Source of the DNA: a virus
Taxonomy: Duplodnaviria > Caudoviricetes
Virus record (IMG/VR): IMGVR_UViG_3300035698_013504
Span: 136,904 to 200,903 of that record
Length of the DNA stretch: 64,000 nucleotides
Strand: one strand, 5' to 3'
The notes below the pieces were generated by a model. It saw only the letters and a program-made list of their open reading frames with translations. It did no database searches and was not told the DNA's origin. The position numbers and the translations under genes were made by a program. Numbering within the stretch: position 1 is the stretch's first letter; every line of letters begins with the position of its first letter. Positions 54,451 to 63,683 of this stretch are shown piece by piece.

Positions 54451-55221
54451 ATGCCTAGGCCCGACCTTTCCAACTTCTGTCTTGGGGCGCGCGATTTAGA
54501 TCGCATTCCGATCGTACCGATCATACAGTCGCATGACCCCCGCCCCATGGTCTATATCGGTTTCAACTACGAAGGCGTGGATTTCTTCTGCTTCTCTTAC
54601 AACCCCGAGACAGGAGTCTTCGAGTGTTACGTAGATAATGATAGCAGCGGGTGGTACAGCTCTGTCTCCGTCCACTACATATCGCGGGACCCCGATCACT
54701 ACGTGTTGGACATCATGACCCCCATAGGGCTTCAGAGGGTCGCCCACCACGCCATGACGCCTATGGACCTCCGTATGGACACTAAGGCCACATGTTTTGC
54801 CTGTGGGGCCATAGAGGGACAGCGGCACTCTGAGACCTGTATCTTGGAGCTATGCCCCCTCTGTGGTAAGACTCTCTCCGGTTGTTTCTGCAATTACGAG
54901 TTTCTTGGTCTTCTCAACCGGGATCTCTTCGACACGTCCACGAACTTCTTGCCACTAGAGATCTACCACAATGGGCTTAGCCAGTCTCAGGAGAGAGCGT
55001 GGTGCGATCATCTTGAGGACGTAGGGCGAATTCCCTTTATCAAGTATCCGTGCCTGTGTGGCTACTGTGGGACGCCACACAACCTCATTTACGACCACGA
55101 TGACTGGGAGGATGTCCTCCCGGACAGCAAACAGAACGAACCACTGTGTCGTATGTGCTTCGAACGTATCAAGCGCCTCATCAGAGGAGCCCCACCGCCG
55201 CACGCTACCCCTGCTAACTAA
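54451..55221 (+). CDS. Cys-rich hypothetical protein, paralog 2
   Basis: Collinear similarity with 53677-54426; RBS AGGAGG. Confidence 0.75.
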   Translation: MPRPDLSNFCLGARDLDRIPIVPIIQSHDPRPMVYIGFNYEGVDFFCFSYNPETGVFECYVDNDSSGWYSSVSVHYISRDPDHYVLDIMTPIGLQRVAHHAMTPMDLRMDTKATCFACGAIEGQRHSETCILELCPLCGKTLSGCFCNYEFLGLLNRDLFDTSTNFLPLEIYHNGLSQSQERAWCDHLEDVGRIPFIKYPCLCGYCGTPHNLIYDHDDWEDVLPDSKQNEPLCRMCFERIKRLIRGAPPPHATPAN

Positions 55222-55780
55222 AGGGGGGTTTCGGCGTTACCATCTAATGAATTGGGTGATCGGAAACACACAACCACCCACGGTTGAGGTGACCCATATC
55301 ACCTGCAAATAAGGATTGCCTGGATAACCCAGTCTGGGCAGCCACGATAGCGGATAAACCCCTCACACCCTACGAGGAGGCCGCTTATTTTACCTCTTGT
55401 ATACCGCTGGAGCATGATAGCTGGATCGGACAAACGTCTGTAGCGCAAAGAATCAGGCCTAAATGGCCATAGATATTGAGGTTAGGTGTGGCCAGGTAAA
55501 CCCTACGGTGTTTGCCCCCGCGCTCTCATATCTTGTACTCTGCCCGCGAGTTTGTCCGATCTGGCGACTTGCACCTTATTGGGTGCGAGTGTGTTATGTA
55601 GTTGTACGAGTGGTGTGTTTAGGTAGAGTTTAGGCGGTTAGGGCATGGCGTGATGTAGCATTTGCGTTGGCGACTCCAAACTTTTCATGTTGCACGAGTT
55701 GCAGGTTGTCGGCTATCATATGGTTGTGGTCGCTAATACTCATAGAGGACTATGTCGACCACATAGCTAAAGAAAAAGGA
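55221..55780. other. ~560-nt noncoding region with many hairpins and strong strand asymmetry
   Basis: 16-bp long-range stem GCTGGATCGGACAAAC/GTTTGTCCGATCTGGC; CA-rich left part, GT-rich right part. Confidence 0.5.
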
Positions 55781-55793
55781 AGAAGTGTATACC

Positions 55794-56174
55794 ATGGCGA
55801 GAGAATTTACAGAACTCCCCAGTTCTAGCGAGGTACCGGACGATCTTGTGTCGGTGCCCGTTCCTGGCGGACAGTCTGTGCTTGTTGGGGCAGAGACACT
55901 TCGAGACAGGCATGTCGCAGTGAGTGACGCCGTCTCGGAAAATCCGCCGGAGAATTGGATTACGCACCTTATTACCGGCGCCCTGACCAACGCTTACGTG
56001 GGCTACCTCGTTCACAAGGGCCACGCGCTGTCGGACGCCATCGAGGCGTCAGAAGACCCCGTCTTGCGGTACCAGCTCTTGCATCAATCGATGGAGGATA
56101 AGGACAAGGCGCTTAACATGGCGCTGACCCTCTTCTCCCAGATCCGTGGCGACAAACCCAGGGAGGCAACGTAG
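55794..56174 (+). CDS. Hypothetical protein
   Basis: ATG behind AAGGAAG within ORF 55785-56174. Confidence 0.65.
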   Translation: MAREFTELPSSSEVPDDLVSVPVPGGQSVLVGAETLRDRHVAVSDAVSENPPENWITHLITGALTNAYVGYLVHKGHALSDAIEASEDPVLRYQLLHQSMEDKDKALNMALTLFSQIRGDKPREAT

Positions 56175-56177
56175 ACC

Positions 56178-57353
56178 GTGGCTGACATTATTAACGCATT
56201 CTTCGAAGTACTGTCCGGCTTCATGGTATTGCTACACTGTCGACGTGTATGGATCGACAAGGGCACCAAGGGTGTCAGCATACCCGCGACGTTCTTCTTT
56301 GCCCTATGGGGCTTCTGGAACCTGTACTACTACCCGTCACTCGGCCAGTGGTGGTCGTTGTGGGGTGGCGTTTCGATTGTGTCCGCCAACTGCCTGTGGA
56401 TCTACTTGATGATGAAGTACAGGTATCGCAGTAGGCCGGTGTCGTGTTCAACACCCACCGTCGACGACGTTAGCGATGTGTGTATAGACATCCCGGGTGC
56501 GCGAGCGATAGTCGAGCACTACGAAGAGACGCAGGACCAGCGAGCAGCCGAAGCGGTGAGCCTTGCGAATCAGAAGCGGGCGACGCCAGAAGGTCAGAAG
56601 TTCCCGGCCGGTAGTCGTGTAAGGATTGTGGACACGCTTCCCTCGCTCATGGACTACTACGACGGCGCCGGGTGTCTCGCTACGGTAAGGAGATCGGCTG
56701 CCCAGGCCTACAGTGGCGGCGACCCGACCGACTACGCCTTATACGTTGATGGTATAGGCGAGGTGCCTCAGTATTACCCCGAGTATGTACTGACTCTTAT
56801 TGAGGACGAGTCATCCAGCTTGGCAAACCAGCGGCGATCGACCCCAGAAGGGCAGAAGTTCCCCCGTGGTAGCCAAGTAAGGATTTCGGAAGACCCCGAA
56901 GAGCTTTTTGGCCGCCGTAGGTGTAAGGGGCTCTCGGCTACCGTGGTGCACTCGCATGCCCAGGCCTATAGCGGCACACAAGCGGGCTCTTATGCCCTTT
57001 ATATCGACGGCATAGGAGAAGTGAACTGGTATCCTGAGGGGATGTTGACCCTCGTCGGCGGGGAGGAACCCGCGCCAGTTAAGCCACTACGAGTTCAGAA
57101 GTTTCCGAAGGGTACGCGCGTAAGGATTGCGGATGCGCCCGCGGGATTGAATAAGTATCAGGCGAAACGCTACGTAGGAGCAGGATGTCTTGCCACCGTG
57201 CTGCATACCTACGCTCAACTCCATGGTGGCACGGAGGTAGGCTCGTACGTCTTGGACGTTGATGAGCTAGGGACCGTGTCCTGGATCCCTGAGAGTAGGT
57301 TAACGCGGTATCCATTAGGAGAGGATGAGAGGACCAAACATGAGTGCGAATAG
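56178..57353 (+). CDS. PQ-loop/SemiSWEET-like membrane domain fused to three tandem SH3-like repeats
   Basis: Three hydrophobic helices with KGTKGVS; three QKFPxG(S/T)xVRI...ATV...AQ.Y.G...Y.L.VDG.GEV.(W/Y).PE repeats. Confidence 0.65.
   Translation: MADIINAFFEVLSGFMVLLHCRRVWIDKGTKGVSIPATFFFALWGFWNLYYYPSLGQWWSLWGGVSIVSANCLWIYLMMKYRYRSRPVSCSTPTVDDVSDVCIDIPGARAIVEHYEETQDQRAAEAVSLANQKRATPEGQKFPAGSRVRIVDTLPSLMDYYDGAGCLATVRRSAAQAYSGGDPTDYALYVDGIGEVPQYYPEYVLTLIEDESSSLANQRRSTPEGQKFPRGSQVRISEDPEELFGRRRCKGLSATVVHSHAQAYSGTQAGSYALYIDGIGEVNWYPEGMLTLVGGEEPAPVKPLRVQKFPKGTRVRIADAPAGLNKYQAKRYVGAGCLATVLHTYAQLHGGTEVGSYVLDVDELGTVSWIPESRLTRYPLGEDERTKHECE
56595..57320 (+). repeat. Three diverged ~250-nt coding repeats
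   Basis: CAGAAGTT(C/T)CC...GTAAGGATT units start at about 56595, 56853 and 57096. Confidence 0.8.
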
Positions 57354-58356
57354 CAAGATCGAGTGGACGGACCACACGTTTAACCCTTGGTGGGGGTGTC
57401 ACAAGAAGCCCGGGCGGCCCGGGTGTGACCACTGCTATGCGGAGCCGTTCGCAAAGCGTGTTGGACATAAGGTGTGGGGGCCCGCCGCGCCGCGCAGGTT
57501 CTTTGGTGACAAGCACTGGGCTGAACCGCTGAAGTGGAACCGTAAGGCTGAGAAGGCAGGCAAACGGGCGCGGGTGTTCTCGGGGTCGATGTGTGACGTG
57601 TTCGAGGACCGCGACATCCTCATACCGTTCCGGTCGCGCCTGTTTGAGTTGGTTGAGGCCACGCCATTCCTTGATTGGATGTTGCTCACCAAACGCGCAG
57701 AGAACATGGCCCTAATGTCTCAGGTATTGTGGCGCGAGGGTTGGCCCGCTAACGCATGGGCGCTGTGTACTGTTGAGAATCAAGCTGCGGCTGACGAACA
57801 GATACCCCACCTCCTGCGAGTTCCTGCCCCTGTACGTCTCCTCTCCGTTGAGCCGATGCTTGGGCCGGTGGACATTTACGATGCGCTCAGCGGCTATCCA
57901 CAGTTGGTGTCACAGCGGCAATACGTGAGCGCGGACATGGCAACCGACGCTGGCGACCCATCCCTTGATGGCGCAAGGCTCTCTGATGAAGAGTGGGAGC
58001 AAACAAGCCCGGCCCTTGACGGCGTCATCTGCGGCGGCGAGAGCGGCCACGGCGCCCGCCCCATGCACCCTGACTGGCCCGGCGACCTCCGCGACCAGTG
58101 CGCCGCCGCCGGTGTACCGTTCTTCTTTCAGCGGTGGGGGGAATGGTGTCCCCGGTCTGATGGATATGCGCAGGATGAGAACAAGCCCATGGTTCGGCTT
58201 GAAATCGACGGATCTGACGGCCAGACGGTCGTCACCGATGTGCTAAAGTCTAACCAGGTGTGGATGGGCCGCGTTGGCAAGAAAGCCACCGGCCGCCTCC
58301 TCGACGGATGCGAACACAACGACCTGCCGGGTGCGGCCAGCAGAGGCCAGCAATGA
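57340..58356 (+). CDS. DUF5131 / phage Gp37-Gp68 family protein
   Basis: SKIEWTDHTFNPWWGC...GCDHCYAE, LLTKR, LSVEPMLG, ICGGESG...ARPMHP. Confidence 0.92.
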   Translation: MSANSKIEWTDHTFNPWWGCHKKPGRPGCDHCYAEPFAKRVGHKVWGPAAPRRFFGDKHWAEPLKWNRKAEKAGKRARVFSGSMCDVFEDRDILIPFRSRLFELVEATPFLDWMLLTKRAENMALMSQVLWREGWPANAWALCTVENQAAADEQIPHLLRVPAPVRLLSVEPMLGPVDIYDALSGYPQLVSQRQYVSADMATDAGDPSLDGARLSDEEWEQTSPALDGVICGGESGHGARPMHPDWPGDLRDQCAAAGVPFFFQRWGEWCPRSDGYAQDENKPMVRLEIDGSDGQTVVTDVLKSNQVWMGRVGKKATGRLLDGCEHNDLPGAASRGQQ

Positions 58357-58400
58357 GCATAACCCGCGAAACTCTGATGAAAATGAAAAGGAATAACACA

Positions 58401-58700
58401 ATGCGCGCGAACACAAGAACCATCCTCATCGGTATGTTGCTGGTAGCAGTTGCGTGCGCTCTGTCTGGGTGTGCGCGCCCGTACCCGTTGGAGAAGCCCA
58501 TATATGAGTACCCTGCAGGCTTCTGGAGTGGCCTGTGGCACGGGATGACTATCGTCTTCTCGTTTTGTGGCTCCCTGTTCGACAACAACATCGCCATGTA
58601 CTCAAGCCACAACGCTGGTGCATGGTACGACTTTGGCTTCCTCATCGGCCTGGCCGCATACTCGGCGCCTGTGTGCCGTAGTAGGAAAGGTAAGCGATGA
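58401..58700 (+). CDS. Small lipoprotein-like membrane protein
   Basis: LSGC lipobox; AGFWSGLWHG...WYDFGF. Confidence 0.65.
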   Translation: MRANTRTILIGMLLVAVACALSGCARPYPLEKPIYEYPAGFWSGLWHGMTIVFSFCGSLFDNNIAMYSSHNAGAWYDFGFLIGLAAYSAPVCRSRKGKR

Positions 58701-59257
58701 CCCGCAAAGAGATCATGGCGCTTGAATATGGTCCGGAGACTAATGCGCTGGTGGCAGAGGCGCTCAGTATTGCTCCCACACGAAGGTGGGCTGCTTCGTC
58801 GGCCGGATATCTGATTCACCGCCCGTATTCAACCAACATCGGCACGGCCTACGACGCCGAGGGAAATGTGCCAGAGCTACTGTGTGAGGACTACGCCGAC
58901 TGGCTTGTGACTGTGTGCAACGACGAGGGTTCAGACGGCAAGTTGTTCCCCATCATGCATGCGACCCCGCTACAGCGCTGTAAGGCTATCCTGTTGACAT
59001 TTCAGATGGAATGCAGCGACGACAAACCAGAATGCTGCGAAGCCCATACACGCGGGCATGTGCACCACTATGAAGGTATGCCAGAGTGCGAGGCGTGTGC
59101 GCATATTCTGTATCCGGCTCTATCGGATCTCGGACATGGCTGTACTCACCCAGACTTTAAGCATACGGGAATTTCCGGAGCTACGTCCTGTAATGTAGCG
59201 AGGAGCCGCGAAGGTTATTGTGGTCCTTCTGCCCGGCGTTTTTGCCAGCACCCGTAA
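58697..59257 (+). CDS. Phage ABA-sandwich-like protein, paralog 1
   Basis: EIMALEYGPETNALVAEAL...YSTNIGTAY...ATPLQRCKAILL. Confidence 0.6.
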   Translation: MTRKEIMALEYGPETNALVAEALSIAPTRRWAASSAGYLIHRPYSTNIGTAYDAEGNVPELLCEDYADWLVTVCNDEGSDGKLFPIMHATPLQRCKAILLTFQMECSDDKPECCEAHTRGHVHHYEGMPECEACAHILYPALSDLGHGCTHPDFKHTGISGATSCNVARSREGYCGPSARRFCQHP

Positions 59258-59303
59258 CGGGCGACGAGTAACACAGGACTAACAGACCAAGGAAGGATAA
59301 GCG

Positions 59304-59621
59304 ATGAAGCGCGAAGAGATCATGGCGCTTGAGGCCGGGCCAGAGACGGATGCGCTGGTGGCAAAAGCGCTTGGGGTCGCTCCCGTACGCAGATGGGCCG
59401 GATCATCGGACGATTATCAGATGTATCCGCTCTATTCTACACGCATCAGTGCTGCCTACGAGGCCCAAGAGGCGCTGTCGCCGCCGCACCAGAGGGAGTT
59501 CGGAAACATCCTCGGCAACATATCGCGCGGCGGCCTTGGCCTTACTGTTTACTGGCGCATGGCAAGCGCGACCCCGCTTCGGCGGTGTAAGGCTATCCTG
59601 TTGACACTAAGTATGGATTAG
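59304..59621 (+). CDS. Phage ABA-sandwich-like protein, paralog 2
   Basis: Near-identical N- and C-terminal segments to the previous gene. Confidence 0.65.
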   Translation: MKREEIMALEAGPETDALVAKALGVAPVRRWAGSSDDYQMYPLYSTRISAAYEAQEALSPPHQREFGNILGNISRGGLGLTVYWRMASATPLRRCKAILLTLSMD

Positions 59622-59631
59622 GAGGCAAACG

Positions 59632-60609
59632 ATGGAAATCCTTGAACGTCTCCCCGTCCCCACAGGTGACATCCTCATCGTTGAGGGAGCCAAAGGGAAG
59701 TTGGAGATGCTGTCTCTTGCCGACTACGGTAAGGACGTCAATGTGAAGTGTGACGCAATGGGCCTCACGAGGGCACCAGCACGCGTTGAGCACACTGACA
59801 TGATGCCGTTGTCGGAGAAGTGGGTGTTGACCATATCGACGCAGTACGGGTGCTCTATGGGGTGCGTGTTCTGTGATGTGCCCGATGTAGGGCCAGGTGT
59901 GAACGCAACGCTACGCGACCTTCAGCAGCAGGTGATCACAGGGTTACATCTTCACCCCGAGGTTACCGGGACTGATCGGCTGAACATACACTTTGCGCGT
60001 ATGGGCGAGCCCACATGGAACCCGAATGTGCTTGACTGCGCCAAGTGGTTGAAGGAACACGTCGACCCGGAGTACAACGTACACCCGGTGGTGTCTACGA
60101 TGATGCCAAGGCGTAACCAGTGGTTGAAGACATTCATCCACGGTTGGATGCGTCTGAAGAACCGGGTCTACGGTGGAAACGCCGGGCTACAGCTCAGCAT
60201 CAACTCAACGAATGAGTGGGAGCGCGACAGAATGTTCGGCGGTCACGCTCTGTCCTTGTGCGAGATATCGGAAGTACTTCAGGGCGTTGTGCCTGTAGGC
60301 CGTAAGATCACGCTCAACTTCGCCCTGGCCGGGTACACCATCGATAGTAGCGTGTTACTACGCCACTTCTCGCCGGAAGACTACATCATCAAGCTGACAC
60401 CCATGCACAAGACGCGCATGTGTGCTCGGCATGACATCGAGACTTCGGGTGACTATGCTACCTACGAGCCGTACGAGGCGGTAGAAACACACCTGAAGGA
60501 CGCAGGGTACGATGTGCTTGTGTTCATCGCATCCAAGGCCGAAGACGAGAGCCGTATCACCTGTGGCAACGCGATACTCAGCGGAAGCCACCCTTCAGCT
60601 AGGCGCTAA
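59632..60609 (+). CDS. RlmN/Cfr-like radical SAM enzyme
   Basis: ISTQYGCSMGCVFC, FARMGEP, VSTM, LQLSINS, C-terminal TCG. Confidence 0.8.
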   Translation: MEILERLPVPTGDILIVEGAKGKLEMLSLADYGKDVNVKCDAMGLTRAPARVEHTDMMPLSEKWVLTISTQYGCSMGCVFCDVPDVGPGVNATLRDLQQQVITGLHLHPEVTGTDRLNIHFARMGEPTWNPNVLDCAKWLKEHVDPEYNVHPVVSTMMPRRNQWLKTFIHGWMRLKNRVYGGNAGLQLSINSTNEWERDRMFGGHALSLCEISEVLQGVVPVGRKITLNFALAGYTIDSSVLLRHFSPEDYIIKLTPMHKTRMCARHDIETSGDYATYEPYEAVETHLKDAGYDVLVFIASKAEDESRITCGNAILSGSHPSARR

Positions 60610-60618
60610 GGAGTAGAC

Positions 60619-60774
60619 ATGATTTGGCCTACGATTGCTATCATCGTCGTTCTCGCGATTCTGGGAGTCATATGGAGTTGCTGTCATGCCTCCTCCAACG
60701 CCGATGACGCGATGGGTAGAGCCATGAGAGAGACGGATAAAGCCATGCGAGAGATGGAGGATGAGGCACAGTGA
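60619..60774 (+). CDS. Small membrane protein (51 aa)
   Basis: RBS AAGGAG; MIWPTIAIIVVLAILGVIW...; below the ORF-track cutoff. Confidence 0.55.
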   Translation: MIWPTIAIIVVLAILGVIWSCCHASSNADDAMGRAMRETDKAMREMEDEAQ

Positions 60775-61016
60775 GTACGATAACAAAGACCGACATCGCC
60801 GCCTGGGCGCGACTCCGTAAGTGGGCCGACCCTGATTTGGGGCGTTCCGTCTCAATCTCGTTCCCATGGCGTAAGCCGGGCGGTACACTCATACCCTACA
60901 TCGTGTATCTAGGGACAAAGTCAGAGCCTAGAGGCGGTATGGGCAGGGGACAGACCCTTGCTGCCGCTACACGTAGGGCGTTCAATGCACTCAACGATTC
61001 ACGAGGAGGCTACTAG
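60771..61016 (+). CDS. Hypothetical protein
   Basis: GTGA coupling. Confidence 0.55.
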   Translation: MSTITKTDIAAWARLRKWADPDLGRSVSISFPWRKPGGTLIPYIVYLGTKSEPRGGMGRGQTLAAATRRAFNALNDSRGGY

Positions 61017-61017
61017 C

Positions 61018-61677
61018 ATGCCTAAGTTCCGAGAAGGCGGCCCCATATGGCAAGCCATTGCCGCAGATGCGGCAGAGACCAAGCTGGACGCATTGGCCCG
61101 CCGAAGGTATATGGACCTGACGCCGGAGGACGTTCCCCCGCTGAATCAGGTCGTTGACGAGTTCATGGCCGCGAACCCCGAGGCCTTGGAGATGCTGGAG
61201 AAGGCTGGCGTCACTGACGAGATCGTGGATAACGTGCGTGCGGCCGAGGGCGGGGAGTCCCTCGCGGATAGACTTTCCCCCGAGGCACGCGAAGAGCTCG
61301 TCAAGGTTGGCACCGAGATGATTAAGGAATCAGATCTGACTGAAGATGATATCGTCAGGAGGATCCTTACCTCAGCTCGTAAGTGCCATATGGTTGGAAT
61401 CGCCGGTCTTACCGACGAAGAGATCCAGGTCGGAATGCGAGGCGTACTCGTCTCTGCGCTCATGGCGGCCGGGCACAGCGTCGAAGAAGTTGCCGGGATG
61501 GTTGTCAAAGGCGCTATTGGTGAGAGGGCGGAGAGTCTCGCCAATGACCCGAACGAGCGCGAGGATGCCCTGAGACGCATCGCTGGCTGGTACGAGCGGC
61601 AATGGAAGGCTGGGGGCCACAGATACGAAGAACTTTGTGGAGGAGACGACGATGGGCTGGTATCCGATACTGAATAG
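61018..61677 (+). CDS. Hypothetical acidic protein
   Basis: ATG behind GAGGAGG within ORF 60958-61677. Confidence 0.65.
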   Translation: MPKFREGGPIWQAIAADAAETKLDALARRRYMDLTPEDVPPLNQVVDEFMAANPEALEMLEKAGVTDEIVDNVRAAEGGESLADRLSPEAREELVKVGTEMIKESDLTEDDIVRRILTSARKCHMVGIAGLTDEEIQVGMRGVLVSALMAAGHSVEEVAGMVVKGAIGERAESLANDPNEREDALRRIAGWYERQWKAGGHRYEELCGGDDDGLVSDTE

Positions 61678-62032
61678 CGTCGTACTGATCGTGTTGTGCC
61701 TGATCGTGCTCGGTACGTACATCAGGCATGTTGCAAGCAATCGTGAGCAGTACAACCGCGCGGAGAACAAACTGGATAGCATAGGCGCCGGTGTTGTCCT
61801 CATGCGGAAGGACCTGGAGCGAGTACTCGGCGGCCTCGGAGCTGAGCGCAGTGAGCGTCAGCTTGCCGCCCTTGCTTCCGCAGTTGGCAACGAGCCGGAG
61901 AAGGTTATGGCTCAGTTGGACCGGATCGAGGCCAACGTGGTCCTCATCGGTAAAGACTTTGGCATCCACAAGCGCGGGCTTGTGCCCGTCGATGGGCTAG
62001 ACCCAGAACCCGGCGGAGATGAAGAAGCATGA
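61652..62032 (+). CDS. Membrane-anchored coiled-coil protein
   Basis: N-terminal TM helix; ATG 61652 behind GGAGGAG. Confidence 0.65.
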   Translation: MGWYPILNSVVLIVLCLIVLGTYIRHVASNREQYNRAENKLDSIGAGVVLMRKDLERVLGGLGAERSERQLAALASAVGNEPEKVMAQLDRIEANVVLIGKDFGIHKRGLVPVDGLDPEPGGDEEA

Positions 62033-62237
62033 CCCTAACTCAATTCATCACCAGTACCTCCAAAGGTGGATGAGGCATGAGGTATTACGAGTCACCTACA
62101 CAGTGTGCTTTGCGTATAGGACGACGCCGAGAGGTTGAAAGAGCCCTTAACCGGGCGGACATTGCTAGGGCGCGGGTAGCGCCTACACCGCCGCCATCAG
62201 GGCGGAAGACATCAAAAACCAGTGGAGACAAGACATA

Positions 62238-62702
62238 ATGGGACTATCCCAACTGCTAGGACTTACCGCGCTCGTCTTTCTCGCCGCTACGTGGCGTGTC
62301 CTGACTGAGCGATCGTCTGCGAGACGCCGGGCCGAGGACATGGCGCATAACGAGGTCATGCTGGATAAAGCCGAGAGGGTTCTCGGTAACTCCAGGTCGA
62401 TCACCAGCGGTATCACATCGCTGTGTTCTGCCGTCACGGAGCTATCCGATCATTCGTTGAAGCAAAGTAGCGTGTTTGAGTTCAACGCGTTCCTCCAGGA
62501 GACCGACTGGGGTTTGATGAGAGAACAAGTGGACTTACTTCGTCGCGCTATGGACGCGGTCGACCCGGCCGATGCTCACCTCATTGAAGGTGTGATCGCG
62601 TTTCTTGGTCAATTTCAGGACTTCTCCGTCGTGACGTGTGGCGTACCGAAGAACGAGGTACATGGCCCTGAAGACACAGAAACCCCCAACATTGAACCAT
62701 AA
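62238..62702 (+). CDS. Membrane-anchored protein, FL..DW family paralog
   Basis: N-terminal TM; FLQETDWGLMREQVDLL. Confidence 0.7.
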   Translation: MGLSQLLGLTALVFLAATWRVLTERSSARRRAEDMAHNEVMLDKAERVLGNSRSITSGITSLCSAVTELSDHSLKQSSVFEFNAFLQETDWGLMREQVDLLRRAMDAVDPADAHLIEGVIAFLGQFQDFSVVTCGVPKNEVHGPEDTETPNIEP

Positions 62703-62713
62703 GGAGAGGTACC

Positions 62714-63208
62714 ATGAGGTACTTGGCATGCTGTTTGACCCTGCTCGTTAGCCTGAATGTTCTCGCTGGCGATGCGGAGTATGAGATTCGTAAGCTCAAG
62801 GCCCAGAATGCTTTGTTGCAGAAGCAGGTCACGCGGCTGAAAGTGGCGCTCGCCGAAGCCAAAGGGAGTACGAGTAAGCCCCCGACGACGGCGTCTACCC
62901 TATGGGGCTTGTACCCTTACAAGGTCGGTAACGTCGGCATGTTCTATTGCTGTAAGTACATCACGGACATCAGTATGACGAAGAGTATCGCCACTATCTA
63001 CCGCGTTAGGTCGTTGCGCGGTAGGGGGAGAAAAGACAGGCAAGCCACAGAGAACGTTATTCTCATTGACGACAAGGCTTGGTACCCCGCAGGTAGTACG
63101 CTGGTCGCCAGAAAGCTGTACAACCCTAAAGCGGCGTTCAAGGTCACAGGCGTCGAGACGTATAAGGGAAAGAAGTACTTTGTGATCAGGCCGTTCATCA
63201 AGAAATAG
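62714..63208 (+). CDS. Secreted/exported hypothetical protein
   Basis: Signal-peptide-like N-terminus followed by a coiled coil; RBS AAGGAG. Confidence 0.7.
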   Translation: MRYLACCLTLLVSLNVLAGDAEYEIRKLKAQNALLQKQVTRLKVALAEAKGSTSKPPTTASTLWGLYPYKVGNVGMFYCCKYITDISMTKSIATIYRVRSLRGRGRKDRQATENVILIDDKAWYPAGSTLVARKLYNPKAAFKVTGVETYKGKKYFVIRPFIKK

Positions 63209-63224
63209 CCCAAGGAGAGGCCTG

Positions 63225-63683
63225 ATGGAACCGTATCAGATCGCGCTGGTCATCGGCGCAGGCGTGTGCTTTGCGGGCCAACTGGTGCTTGCCATTCGGT
63301 TGCTCCTGGACGTCCAGCAGCACAGGACGGCGATGCAGGAGTTGCTCACAACCACCCGCCACACTAAGACGTACGCGATGAGGCAGCAGTTCAATTTCAG
63401 CGGCCTCCTTTGTCGCCTCGCTGCAGGCGATACGGCCGTGTCGTTCAGTAAGTTCCTTCATCAAGATGTGGACTGGCCTATGTTGGCCAAGACGCAGAAG
63501 GAACTTATGGTCATGGCGAAGACAGCCAGTGACGGCGATGTGTCCTCCATCGTGTGTGCGGTGTGCTTCATTGATCAGTTCCGCAGTAACGCTGTCCGAG
63601 AGTGGAAAGTACCAGATGGCGTAGTCGGCACGCCCCCTGACCTTAAAGAAGCAGCCGAGCCTGAAGGAGACGAGACATCATGA
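63225..63683 (+). CDS. Membrane-anchored protein, FL..DW family paralog
   Basis: N-terminal TM; FLHQDVDWPMLAKTQKEL. Confidence 0.7.
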   Translation: MEPYQIALVIGAGVCFAGQLVLAIRLLLDVQQHRTAMQELLTTTRHTKTYAMRQQFNFSGLLCRLAAGDTAVSFSKFLHQDVDWPMLAKTQKELMVMAKTASDGDVSSIVCAVCFIDQFRSNAVREWKVPDGVVGTPPDLKEAAEPEGDETS

